Sequence record: LR756511.1
Reading direction: 5' to 3' (one strand)
DNA length: 64,000 nt
In this document: positions 25,965 to 35,014 of the stretch, in pieces
How positions within the stretch are numbered: position 1 is the first letter of the stretch
Layout of the letters: every line of letters begins with the position of its first letter
Notes under the pieces: generated by a model
The model's input: the letters and a program-made list of their open reading frames with translations, nothing else
What the model was told of the DNA's origin: nothing
Database searches by the model: none
Translations under genes and position numbers: made by a program

Positions 25965-26461
25965 TATACCTCCTGCCTTAATTTCATCCAAAGCCTGCCA
26001 AGCACATTCTGACCTACCCACTTCCCGTTCTGTAAAGCAGCACCCCAAAATACACCAGACCCTTGCGGTCGTTTTGTAACATCCTCTATGATTTCGGACT
26101 TTCCTGTATTCTTTAGCTCTTGCTTTAGTTCAGGATGTTGGTCCAGCTTTAACCTTAAGACAAGCTCCATATTAGCAACGTCTTCCTGGCTCATTGGCTG
26201 AACGGTACGCTTGTGCGCAAAACTCTTCGACAACATTTTTGCAGCCATAGGAGAAGTCTGCGCACGGATGGTATTTTGAATAGACGTTTCTGAGTATCTT
26301 AGTGCCTGAAACAACGATTCAGCGGTCGGCCAAACCTTGTTCTCGTATGTGATAGGATAACGGGACATATTGCCCATCCATCCGTACGGTAGATTAACTT
26401 TAGTAAAAGCGATGACCTGTGGCATTTGTCTAGCCTCCAAAAACTCGGTCCAAGTGAGCAT
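25964..26461 (-). CDS. NADAR (YbiA-like) N-glycosidase
   Basis: GWMGNM, WPTAESLFQA, KLDQHPEL, IIED, FWG and GQNVLGRLWMKLR. Starts MLTWTEFLEAR. Confidence 0.9.
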   Translation of the reverse strand: MLTWTEFLEARQMPQVIAFTKVNLPYGWMGNMSRYPITYENKVWPTAESLFQALRYSETSIQNTIRAQTSPMAAKMLSKSFAHKRTVQPMSQEDVANMELVLRLKLDQHPELKQELKNTGKSEIIEDVTKRPQGSGVFWGAALQNGKWVGQNVLGRLWMKLRQEV

Positions 26462-26516
26462 GAAGTATTTACGCCTCTACTTTACTATACTACAAAATTT
26501 CTCAAAGTAAAATCGC

Positions 26517-26753
26517 TTACGGCACAAATGAACCAGATGGAACTTCTGGAAAACCAACATAGCCTAGCTGTCCCACTTGCGGGTTTGGAGTCCCTGGATT
26601 CTGTTGAGGAACATTCGCTGGAAGTCCGAATGGATTATCCGTCGCCCATACCAAGTAAGCGTATGGGTTCAACGTTTTTGGTGGACATGGGGAAGGATAT
26701 GGAATTGGTAGGGTTATTGGTTGGGTTGGATTATACGTGCAATGCCAAGACAT
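26517..26753 (-). CDS. Small Pro-rich protein
   Basis: AAGGAG RBS with a GTATATA motif upstream. Confidence 0.6.
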   Translation of the reverse strand: MSWHCTYNPTQPITLPIPYPSPCPPKTLNPYAYLVWATDNPFGLPANVPQQNPGTPNPQVGQLGYVGFPEVPSGSFVP

Positions 26754-26795
26754 TCTAACACTCCTTTGTTAGAAGTATATACGATTAATAAATAG

Positions 26796-27434
26796 TTATC
26801 TATAGTAATTATAACTATCTACAAAATCCTTTAAATACTTCTCATAGTCTGTAAGCTCGCCAAGTTTGAACCTTGGCGATACTAAGTCGCAGTAATTAGC
26901 TAAGGTTTTGCAGGCATGTTCGTAACTATTAAAGATACCTGGATACTCCGACCTCTCATTAGGACGCTTATCGCGGGCATTACCCAACCATTCATCAGGG
27001 GAAACAAGCATTTTATTCCAAGTCCCATTCCTGTGCATCGACCAACCTGGAGTCTCAACATTCCAATGGAAATAGTCTTCGCCACAGTTATAAAGTATCC
27101 CATCGCCGTTAGCAAGTTGTTGGAGAGCCTCTGCGTCAGATTTCCACTTTCCATATTTCTTTTGCCATACTTCATCACGCCGCTTTTCCCATTCCTTCTC
27201 GTACTTTTCATACAATCTCTTCTCGTCTTCCCAATAGCCTGAGATGAGCCACTGTCCAGGCCACAGGTGTCTTGCGTCTTCTTTAATCCCGACGTGCCAA
27301 ATTTCGTTTGACCACTGTAGATATTTTGTATCATCCCACTTTGGATGACGCTCATACCCATCAGTCTTGCACTTTAAGCTATCATCATCCCATTTGGGAT
27401 CGTATTCAGTTGTGCCAATAGTAATCATAATCAT
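26796..27434 (-). CDS. Hypothetical Trp-rich protein
   Basis: 212-aa ORF directly after the capsid terminator. Confidence 0.7.
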   Translation of the reverse strand: MIMITIGTTEYDPKWDDDSLKCKTDGYERHPKWDDTKYLQWSNEIWHVGIKEDARHLWPGQWLISGYWEDEKRLYEKYEKEWEKRRDEVWQKKYGKWKSDAEALQQLANGDGILYNCGEDYFHWNVETPGWSMHRNGTWNKMLVSPDEWLGNARDKRPNERSEYPGIFNSYEHACKTLANYCDLVSPRFKLGELTDYEKYLKDFVDSYNYYR

Positions 27435-27454
27435 TATTATAGTGTGCGCAATAA

Positions 27455-27484
27455 AAAACGCCAGTCATTTCTGACTGGCGTTTT
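27455..27484 (-). terminator. Terminator of the head operon
   Basis: AAAACGCCAGTCA/TGACTGGCGTTTT stem with a minus-strand U-tract just after the MCP stop. Confidence 0.85.
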
Positions 27485-27505
27485 ATTTTCATCCGTCACC
27501 TGTAA

Positions 27506-28981
27506 TTAGATAACGAAGTTGTGGATTGTCATTCTGGCATAGAATTTTGCGCCTTCGCGTAATAACTTCTTGCCGTACCTTGTTAGTATGCCTTTACGTG
27601 GGCAGAAGCTTTCAGGGTCTAATATAACTGGTGTCTGTGTTAGAGGCACGTACGGGCAGTAAAAGTAACCTGAATCCATATAAGAATCACCCTTATAACC
27701 CATTAAAATCTGATTGGTTCTAAAGAGTGGGTCTTTATATAGGCGCCATCTGTTATTGATGGTTCCAACATACTGAATACCCAACGAGCTAGTGAAAGTT
27801 TCACTTGGGGCTGGTGCGAAACCTGCTGTTGCGGTTTCGAAAATGGATGCAACTTCTGGAGAAGTTACAAGCCAGTTTGCACCACCACGTAGAGTCTTAC
27901 GATGAATAACAGCCGACATTTCGACTATCTTCACATATAGGGACTCATACTTTTCCTTGATGGTATCGCCTAGCGCGGTACCGAAATCCCAAGCTCCTAC
28001 GGTACCAGCATTTAGGAGAAGGTCCGTGAGGACTTCACGATCAATTTCTAGGTTAATTTCCTGCGCGAGAACTGCTGTTAGTTCAGCTTCTGCGTCCAAG
28101 TTATGCTGGGAACGCAAGTCCTGCTGTGCTTCATAAGACCATACAGCCTTTAGCTTACGAGTCTTAGCTGCGATTTCTTCGGACTCAACAACCAAGTTAA
28201 CTTCTGGTAAGTCCTGGTTGCATTCCATGTTATATTCATATGATACAACCAAGTTATTAGCGCCTGGAGCTACGTTCCAAGTTGCTACTAATTCGCCTGT
28301 TACTAGGTTCAAAGTAGCTGCTGTGATGAACGATGCTGGTGCGCCAATTGGCGTGAAGCTAAATACACCTGCACTGGAGACAGTAAATGTCTGGACGGCT
28401 GTTGCACCGACGAAGACATTACCAGTCATAGTTCCAGCTAGGATTGGCGTATGCTCTAGTGGAGCATATGCGGAGACTACTACGGCACCTGGATCAACGT
28501 TCGAAGATTCGTTCTGGACGAACTGCGAGCTATAGAAGATATCCAAGTTTGCCGTGCCGTCTGCCAACTGCTGTATCGAATTAATATCGTCGCCTGGGAA
28601 ACCGCCATTATTATCAGCACCACGGCGAGCGCCCTTGTTGCTGGAATAACGGAATCTCAAATAGTACACCAAGCCTGTTGGACCCAACAAAGGCTGTACG
28701 GAAACTATCTTATTAGCGATAAGCTGAGGATAGATTCTACGAATTAACGGTATCGAAATACGCTTGAACTGTGCGATGTCGCCAGTGTCAGTTGCGATTT
28801 CGTTGAAAAGTCTCTGGTTCTCAAGAAGAACGGCGGTACAAGCCTTGCCGTATGTATCTTCTACGAAAGTTTCCTTGCCACGACGGAATTCGGTGGAGCC
28901 GATACCTTCTAGCAAACCAGTCTGTGCCCAAGTTTCTTCAACTTTGCGGGCTTCGTTCAAAAACTTTGCGTTTGCACTCAT
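27506..28981 (-). CDS. gp23: Major capsid protein, T4 gp23-like
   Basis: LLENQ, LIRRIYPQLIANKIVSVQPLLGPTG, AKTRKLKAVWSYEAQQDLRSQHNLDAEAEL, EINLEIDRE and FYCPYVPL. Confidence 0.97.
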   Translation of the reverse strand: MSANAKFLNEARKVEETWAQTGLLEGIGSTEFRRGKETFVEDTYGKACTAVLLENQRLFNEIATDTGDIAQFKRISIPLIRRIYPQLIANKIVSVQPLLGPTGLVYYLRFRYSSNKGARRGADNNGGFPGDDINSIQQLADGTANLDIFYSSQFVQNESSNVDPGAVVVSAYAPLEHTPILAGTMTGNVFVGATAVQTFTVSSAGVFSFTPIGAPASFITAATLNLVTGELVATWNVAPGANNLVVSYEYNMECNQDLPEVNLVVESEEIAAKTRKLKAVWSYEAQQDLRSQHNLDAEAELTAVLAQEINLEIDREVLTDLLLNAGTVGAWDFGTALGDTIKEKYESLYVKIVEMSAVIHRKTLRGGANWLVTSPEVASIFETATAGFAPAPSETFTSSLGIQYVGTINNRWRLYKDPLFRTNQILMGYKGDSYMDSGYFYCPYVPLTQTPVILDPESFCPRKGILTRYGKKLLREGAKFYARMTIHNFVI

Positions 28982-29017
28982 TGTATTTTTATTTCCTATT
29001 CAAAACTAAAACTATAT

Positions 29018-29950
29018 TTACTTAGCCTTCCTACCTGCGAGAGTCTTCAAAGTGTCTAGATCAACGCCTAGATTCAAGCTCTCAACCAAGTTGGTTGGCT
29101 TATTGGTATCTTTAGTCGAGGCAGATTCCTGGCTATGTTCCGCAATAACCTTGGTTTCCTGCTCTGTTACTACTCGACCTCTCCCCGATACATTCTTCGC
29201 TGTTTCAACTCTTTCTTTCTTTTGAGCCTTAGTAGATTCGGTCACATTTACACGGTTCTGATGGAAAGCTTCGGTCAACTTCTCGTTATCGCGCGCGAGG
29301 CGGATATTTCGAGCTTCCATAACCTTGATCTGTGCCCTCTGTTCTTCTAACTGCTTGTAAGCTTCTTCAAGCTTACTTGAGGTTGCCAATGCAACTTCTT
29401 CACCGCTTAGGTAATTAGCTGCAATCTCAAGGATTTTATCCAATGCAACCTTGTGTTCTGCTGTGCGTGGGTCGCTGAGAATATCTCGGCGTACCTGTTC
29501 GGCAATTTCGCCGCCCTTCTGCTCAAGGAACTTGTGAAGCATTTCAACAAACTGTTCTTTAAGTTCGTTGTACTTCTTCTCGTACTCTTCATATAGGTCC
29601 ACTTCAAGAGTGCTATTCTTAGCACGCTCGGATAGAAGCATCTGATAGGCTTCTTCATAACCTTCCTCAAGCTGCTTCTCAAACTCTTCCTTCTGAATCT
29701 CTAGTCTGTTACGAAGATCAGTAATAATTGCATACGCTTCTTCATAACCCGTTTCTGCTGTCTTCTCAGCGTTCTTCAATTCTGCCGAAAGTTCATTATA
29801 AGCAACTTCAAGTTGCTTATTATATTCGGCGTCCTTCTGCTTCGAAATCTCAGCAACCGCTTCTTTGAACATTTCGTCCAAAATACCAGCGGCGTCTTTG
29901 ACCTGATCTTCAGGAAGAAGATTCTTTAATACCTCAACAAATTTATTCAT
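29018..29950 (-). CDS. Prohead scaffolding protein, gp22-like
   Basis: Glu-rich coiled coil lying between protease and MCP, with LxE-type sites. Confidence 0.85.
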   Translation of the reverse strand: MNKFVEVLKNLLPEDQVKDAAGILDEMFKEAVAEISKQKDAEYNKQLEVAYNELSAELKNAEKTAETGYEEAYAIITDLRNRLEIQKEEFEKQLEEGYEEAYQMLLSERAKNSTLEVDLYEEYEKKYNELKEQFVEMLHKFLEQKGGEIAEQVRRDILSDPRTAEHKVALDKILEIAANYLSGEEVALATSSKLEEAYKQLEEQRAQIKVMEARNIRLARDNEKLTEAFHQNRVNVTESTKAQKKERVETAKNVSGRGRVVTEQETKVIAEHSQESASTKDTNKPTNLVESLNLGVDLDTLKTLAGRKAK

Positions 29951-29952
29951 TA

Positions 29953-30621
29953 CTACCTCGCTAAGTACTTGTTAGTTGATTCCTTAATTAAACCACTGAG
30001 AGCGGCTATTACCACTTCTTTGTTATTGGTATATACGCGACTACTTGTATTTTTCTCAAAACTATTGTAATTATTTTGAGGAATATAACTTTCACGCTTA
30101 CCACTCACTATTCTCTCTTGGAACGCAGCAGGCGTCGATGGATCAGCAACAGCATCAAACGTTATTAGTCTGTAACCTTCACCAATAACTAATATGCCGT
30201 TCTCATTCGTCTTACCATTGCCTACACCACGACTACTCATTCCAACTCTGATGCCGCCCTGTAATAACGCATTCAACTGGCGACCCATTGCTGTTCCTAA
30301 AATCTCTCCTTCACCCATAAGAATATGACCTTCCCACCATAGCTTAGTAATGATGTGAGAAGCATCTTTAAAGTGAATGATACTATCCTGTGGATGGTCT
30401 AATTCACCAAGCAATCCACGGGCTTTAACAACTTCCTGCAAGCGCTGGACATTCTCATCCAACACCGCGTATGGATACATTCTCTTATTTTTGTTAACAA
30501 TCTCTGCTTCCTGAAGCTTACCACGGAATTTGAGAAGACCCTTTTCAAGATTAGATTCTTTAAGGTCTATCTCAAATCCGAAGCAATCAAATTCATTCAG
30601 CAGCATTACGCCTTCTCTCAT
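29953..30621 (-). CDS. gp21: Prohead maturation protease, T4 gp21-like
   Basis: NKNKRMYP, LGELDHP, GMSSRGVG and ITFDAVADPS. Confidence 0.95.
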   Translation of the reverse strand: MREGVMLLNEFDCFGFEIDLKESNLEKGLLKFRGKLQEAEIVNKNKRMYPYAVLDENVQRLQEVVKARGLLGELDHPQDSIIHFKDASHIITKLWWEGHILMGEGEILGTAMGRQLNALLQGGIRVGMSSRGVGNGKTNENGILVIGEGYRLITFDAVADPSTPAAFQERIVSGKRESYIPQNNYNSFEKNTSSRVYTNNKEVVIAALSGLIKESTNKYLAR

Positions 30622-30638
30622 TATGCTCCTTAAAAGAA

Positions 30639-32489
30639 TTACTTATCGACAACCAAATCGTCTTCTTTACCATGATTCATCTTGTACGAATCTGGCGTTT
30701 CAGCCTTCGGAACATATGGGTTCTGTAGGTTTGGCCAAGTATCCTTGCCCTGCCAACGGCTCCAATCATCGTCGCCGTCCTTATCGGCACCCTTCTCACC
30801 CTTCATAGTCCATGTCGCGTCCGCGCCCTTAGAGTAAGGATTGCGTAATGCTGGCCATGTATCGTCATTGCCCCAATTGCCCCATGCGTCATTGCGCATT
30901 TCTTTATCAAGGCCCGACTTGTAGCTCTTGCCGTCACTTACTGGCAATTCGCTACCCCAATCACCACTGAAGTCACTTGCTGGGGCATATGGCTGCTTTG
31001 CCTTCTTAGCCATGTCTGGATGGTCGCCACTTACGGTCATATAAGGCGTGTTCGAAACCTTCCAATCTTCCGACTCAAGGTTCGTTTCAACCAAATTGCT
31101 TAGCCATGCTGCAACGTCTGCCGCAAGCTCTAAGGTTGGTTCTTCTGTCTGATCGACAACACCCTTAAGTTCCTTCAAGAACGAATTTGTTTCGCCCATC
31201 AAGAACTCATTACCTTCTTCGTGAGCCATCTTATAAACTTCTACTAAAGCATTATAAAGATCAACGAATACCTGCATTTCAAGCTTCGTGTTCTCATCAA
31301 CAAACTTGTAGAACTTGCCTACAACATTCTGGAACTCTATATACTTGTCTTCGGTATTTTCGCTCTTAACACCAGCAAGATTCATAACTCTCTCAACTCG
31401 TTCGTCATAAGTCTCTACTGCTGTTCTTAGAATTGCCTCAGCCATGAAAACGCATGTCTGATCTTCGTAATTCGTTTCGCCAACGGTGTCCAAAGCGGTT
31501 GCAATAGCTTCAGATAGTTCGCCCTGTGTTAAATAGATGACGTTTGGCCATCTTACAACAACAGCGTCTAGAACTTCTTGTAACTTCTTATTGTCAGATA
31601 GTGCGTTGCACTTACGTAAATCAGCCATTGCCTTGCAGAAATTAACGTCCTCTGCTAGATTCTTCATCTTAGCACGCAAGATCATAAGATCGGTATTTAG
31701 AGTCTTCCAATTGAATGCAAGAATCTTACCTTCGTTACGAGTCTTTGTGTCTGGAATGCGAACTGCAACAACGTTGCCACTATCATCTTTCTTAATTTCC
31801 GAATCGCGTGCGGTTGGACCAAATTCCTGAAAATCCACGTAATTAAATACGTTTTCAGCAATGTTATACCACTCGCGCATCTTACGCTTGCCCTGTGGCT
31901 TCATTCTAATGTGAACATGAGTACCAGGACCAAACCTCTTCTTCAAGTTCTCGCGTTCCAGCTTGGCGCGCTGCTTTTCTGAAGAAGAAAGACTTGCTTG
32001 ACTCTTCTGCTTGCCTAAAACGCGAGCGCGAATCTGGCCTGGAGTCTGTGGGCCGCGTTTCTTATGAGGCTTGTTCTTTTTATCGACATATGCCTTATTT
32101 TCTGTCCAGCTACGGCGAACGTGTGGAAGCGCCACATATTCCTTAAATGCAGCATCTGCGCCTGTGCTGTTTTCCTTTAGAACTTCGTTAAACATCTTGC
32201 GAAGAACTTCACGGGATTTTTCATTTTCCGTGGATTCGTCAATTACTAACTGCTCAATATTCTCAAATGTGACGTTCTTGTTTTTGATTTGATAACCTGC
32301 GTTGATGTAAGTTCCATCAATTGTTTGGTAAGTCACACTGTTCTCATTGAAGCAATGAAGAGTCAAAAGTTCCTCGCCCAAAGCCTTCGCCAAAACATCC
32401 GCTGCTTCTACCAATTCTTTTTCTGCTGTCGTCAGCGATGTTTCACTAATCTTCTGGAAAACATCATAATTGATTAGTTTTCTTTTCAT
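30639..32489 (-). CDS. Putative prohead core protein
   Basis: 616 aa at the gp67/gp68 position before the protease, with several (L/I)xE sites and a basic internal block. Confidence 0.6.
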   Translation of the reverse strand: MKRKLINYDVFQKISETSLTTAEKELVEAADVLAKALGEELLTLHCFNENSVTYQTIDGTYINAGYQIKNKNVTFENIEQLVIDESTENEKSREVLRKMFNEVLKENSTGADAAFKEYVALPHVRRSWTENKAYVDKKNKPHKKRGPQTPGQIRARVLGKQKSQASLSSSEKQRAKLERENLKKRFGPGTHVHIRMKPQGKRKMREWYNIAENVFNYVDFQEFGPTARDSEIKKDDSGNVVAVRIPDTKTRNEGKILAFNWKTLNTDLMILRAKMKNLAEDVNFCKAMADLRKCNALSDNKKLQEVLDAVVVRWPNVIYLTQGELSEAIATALDTVGETNYEDQTCVFMAEAILRTAVETYDERVERVMNLAGVKSENTEDKYIEFQNVVGKFYKFVDENTKLEMQVFVDLYNALVEVYKMAHEEGNEFLMGETNSFLKELKGVVDQTEEPTLELAADVAAWLSNLVETNLESEDWKVSNTPYMTVSGDHPDMAKKAKQPYAPASDFSGDWGSELPVSDGKSYKSGLDKEMRNDAWGNWGNDDTWPALRNPYSKGADATWTMKGEKGADKDGDDDWSRWQGKDTWPNLQNPYVPKAETPDSYKMNHGKEDDLVVDK

Positions 32490-32597
32490 ATCAATCTCCT
32501 AATGGGATATATACCTCACGCGACTATTGTTTTTATATAGTGGCTAATAGTCATTTTTCCATTACTATTAACTTTATATACACAATAGGTATGCAAA

Positions 32598-32945
32598 ATG
32601 ACTCAAAAAGTGGCGGACAAAATGAAAAGATTTTTGGACTATTACCGATTTAGAGAAGACGAGAACCAGGACCATGAACCAGAGAAGGGCTTAGGCGATA
32701 TAAACGCCATGCCTAATGACGATGAAATTCTTATTAAATTGGCAAAAATGGCGGTAAGTCGTCACCAAGAACGCATGATAGAGTTCTTCAGTGCGCTTAG
32801 CCGACATGATGATGATATTAAACGACTTCTAGACAAGTACAAGGATAACCGCAGAGGCTATCCTATTAACGACACCCGCCCTAAAGGAAGTGATGATAAA
32901 GATGTGATTGCGCCAAACCAAGCTGATATGAGCGATCCAATTTAG
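32598..32945 (+). CDS. Hypothetical protein with capsid-targeting-like motif
   Basis: MKRFLDYYRFRE near the N-terminus, TATATA upstream. Confidence 0.6.
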   Translation: MTQKVADKMKRFLDYYRFREDENQDHEPEKGLGDINAMPNDDEILIKLAKMAVSRHQERMIEFFSALSRHDDDIKRLLDKYKDNRRGYPINDTRPKGSDDKDVIAPNQADMSDPI

Positions 32946-34186
32946 TCAAGGATTTGAGAATAAATACTCAAGTATCTATCAGCGGTAACATCCCAATCGT
33001 TTTTATCAACATAATCACTCATACGAGCGATAATACCGTTTCGGTAAAGGTCATTGCTAAATACCTTGTCAATCTCTTCCGCAAGTTCCCTGTAATCACC
33101 TGGACGTGGTACTACCCCTTCCAAATCATCAAATTGGTGACAATCACTTGCTACCACTGGAGTTCCGCACGCCATAGCCACCCGAATTGCTCCTGAAGCT
33201 CCATAAACCATATTTTTCGGATCACCCACATACGGAAATACCGCCAGTTTAGCCGTTCGTAAATAATTTTTAATTATTTGTTCTGTCTGGAATTTACGAA
33301 TAATAGCCACGTTGTCGTGCAGATTAAGCTTCTCTATCTTCTCTATCAAGAAATCATAATATTGTGAATGAACCATGTTTGTATGATGGTTCTCACTACA
33401 CAAGTAACAATAGAATATGTCCTTAAACTTAGGATCGGTCTTTTTAAGATGGTGAATAGCGTCTAATACCTTGTCTACACCCTTATAAAAGAACCCAAAA
33501 CCAAATTGTATTATCGTATACGGATTCTGAAATATATTCCATAATTCCGCCTTATCGTCAAATCGCACACAACCATGCGGAATTACAAATATTTTATTCG
33601 TGTTGCCTAATTTCCTAAGAACTCCCATCCCCTCTTCTGTGTGAACCACCATGTTCCTAATCGCGGCAGTGCAAATTGTCTTGTCTAAATGCTCATAAAC
33701 TGAATGCACCGTAACAACATAAGGTATGTTTTCAATACCATGCAACAATTGCAGAAAATAAGTAGCTTTTGGAAAGATGCCAAACTCATGCTGAATTATG
33801 ATAAAATCAGGTTCCCAGGCAAGGAGCGAATCTATTAAACTTTTTAAACTTGTGCCACGCTTCCAACATCTTGTCACAAATTCAGGATCGTCTGATTTTA
33901 CGACGCCTTCTTCAGAGAAAACGCGAAGCTCTTTGACCTTTGGAATTAAGGCGTCTACTAAAAATTGACTATACGTACTGATGCCACAAGGATCATTCCA
34001 GTTACAGATAAAAGCTACCTTTAACTCTTTGATTTCTTTTTCCTTAGTTAGTTTTTTACCTATAAACTTGAACCACTCTTCTTTCGGCCCTTGAACCTCA
34101 AGCTCACTTACAATGTGTCCAGACATTGTAAACGGATGCTCGGAGATTCCAACGATCACATTTTTCTTGTTCAAAGCTATCCACAT
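32942..34186 (-). CDS. GT4-like glycosyltransferase
   Basis: CGISTYSQ, QHEFGIF, FGFGFFYKGVD, ASGAIRVAMACGTPVVASD. Start moved to 34186. Confidence 0.88.
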   Translation of the reverse strand: MWIALNKKNVIVGISEHPFTMSGHIVSELEVQGPKEEWFKFIGKKLTKEKEIKELKVAFICNWNDPCGISTYSQFLVDALIPKVKELRVFSEEGVVKSDDPEFVTRCWKRGTSLKSLIDSLLAWEPDFIIIQHEFGIFPKATYFLQLLHGIENIPYVVTVHSVYEHLDKTICTAAIRNMVVHTEEGMGVLRKLGNTNKIFVIPHGCVRFDDKAELWNIFQNPYTIIQFGFGFFYKGVDKVLDAIHHLKKTDPKFKDIFYCYLCSENHHTNMVHSQYYDFLIEKIEKLNLHDNVAIIRKFQTEQIIKNYLRTAKLAVFPYVGDPKNMVYGASGAIRVAMACGTPVVASDCHQFDDLEGVVPRPGDYRELAEEIDKVFSNDLYRNGIIARMSDYVDKNDWDVTADRYLSIYSQILD

Positions 34187-34197
34187 ATGCTGCCATT

Positions 34198-34473
34198 CTA
34201 GTATTCCACCAACCAATAAACCGTCGCAGTATTGCTCTTTATATTAGTGTATAATATAAACGTATGGTCATCTAACTTTACTGCACCGACCATATCCACG
34301 TCAGCACCACAGACAGGTGGACTCTCCGCTTCAATAGAAGCGTATATTTTAAAAATAACAATGGAACGATCTACCTTTATTTCTGTTTCGAATGATCCAC
34401 ACGCAACAGTGATAGAGCCTTTAATCACATTGTTAGGCGCCAAATGTCGATTATGTAAAAAATATGCTGCCAT
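34198..34473 (-). CDS. Small beta-rich protein (paralog of 34473-34781)
   Basis: VCGADVDMVG...FILYTNIKSNTATVYW.VEY. Confidence 0.65.
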   Translation of the reverse strand: MAAYFLHNRHLAPNNVIKGSITVACGSFETEIKVDRSIVIFKIYASIEAESPPVCGADVDMVGAVKLDDHTFILYTNIKSNTATVYWLVEY

Positions 34474-34781
34474 TACTTATACTCGCATTTCCACTCTACT
34501 GAACAAGTGTTTGTTTTAATATCAGCGTATATAATGAATCCTTTCGGGCCAACCGTGATGCCAATTTTGTTAACATCATTATGACATACGCAACAACCGT
34601 TTTCAGGGTCTTTGACAGTAAAATAAACTCTGCATGGCATACCATCCACGTCAACTTCAACTTCGTGAACGCCATAACCTAACAGAATCTCACCAGAAGT
34701 GGATTTGCAACAACAAAATAATGACAAGAACTTTTGCCAAAGTTTAGCTATCATGTGATTAGCTATACTTATTAAAACCAA
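34473..34781 (-). CDS. Small beta-rich protein (paralog of 34198-34473)
   Basis: VCHNDVNKIG...FIIYADIKTNTCSVEW.CEY. Confidence 0.65.
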   Translation of the reverse strand: MVLISIANHMIAKLWQKFLSLFCCCKSTSGEILLGYGVHEVEVDVDGMPCRVYFTVKDPENGCCVCHNDVNKIGITVGPKGFIIYADIKTNTCSVEWKCEYK

Positions 34782-35014
34782 TATTTATTTACTTTAGACA
34801 AAAAGATTGGGTCTTTCTCGCTTTCTTCATTAATCGCCAGAACAGCGTCAACAGAACAGTGTGGACATAGCGCAGTGTCATTGTCTCTATCCGTCCACTC
34901 TTTAATCTCTGAGACATTAAAAATCCGTAAGCAATGGTAACAGGCGCACTCTGTTACCATTTTCAAACGATCTTTATTATGTATGGCAAGCATTGGTGCC
35001 ATTCGAATTTCCAT
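34772..35014 (-). CDS. Small zinc-binding protein
   Basis: CACYHC ... ALCPHCSVDAV. Confidence 0.7.
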   Translation of the reverse strand: MEIRMAPMLAIHNKDRLKMVTECACYHCLRIFNVSEIKEWTDRDNDTALCPHCSVDAVLAINEESEKDPIFLSKVNKYWF

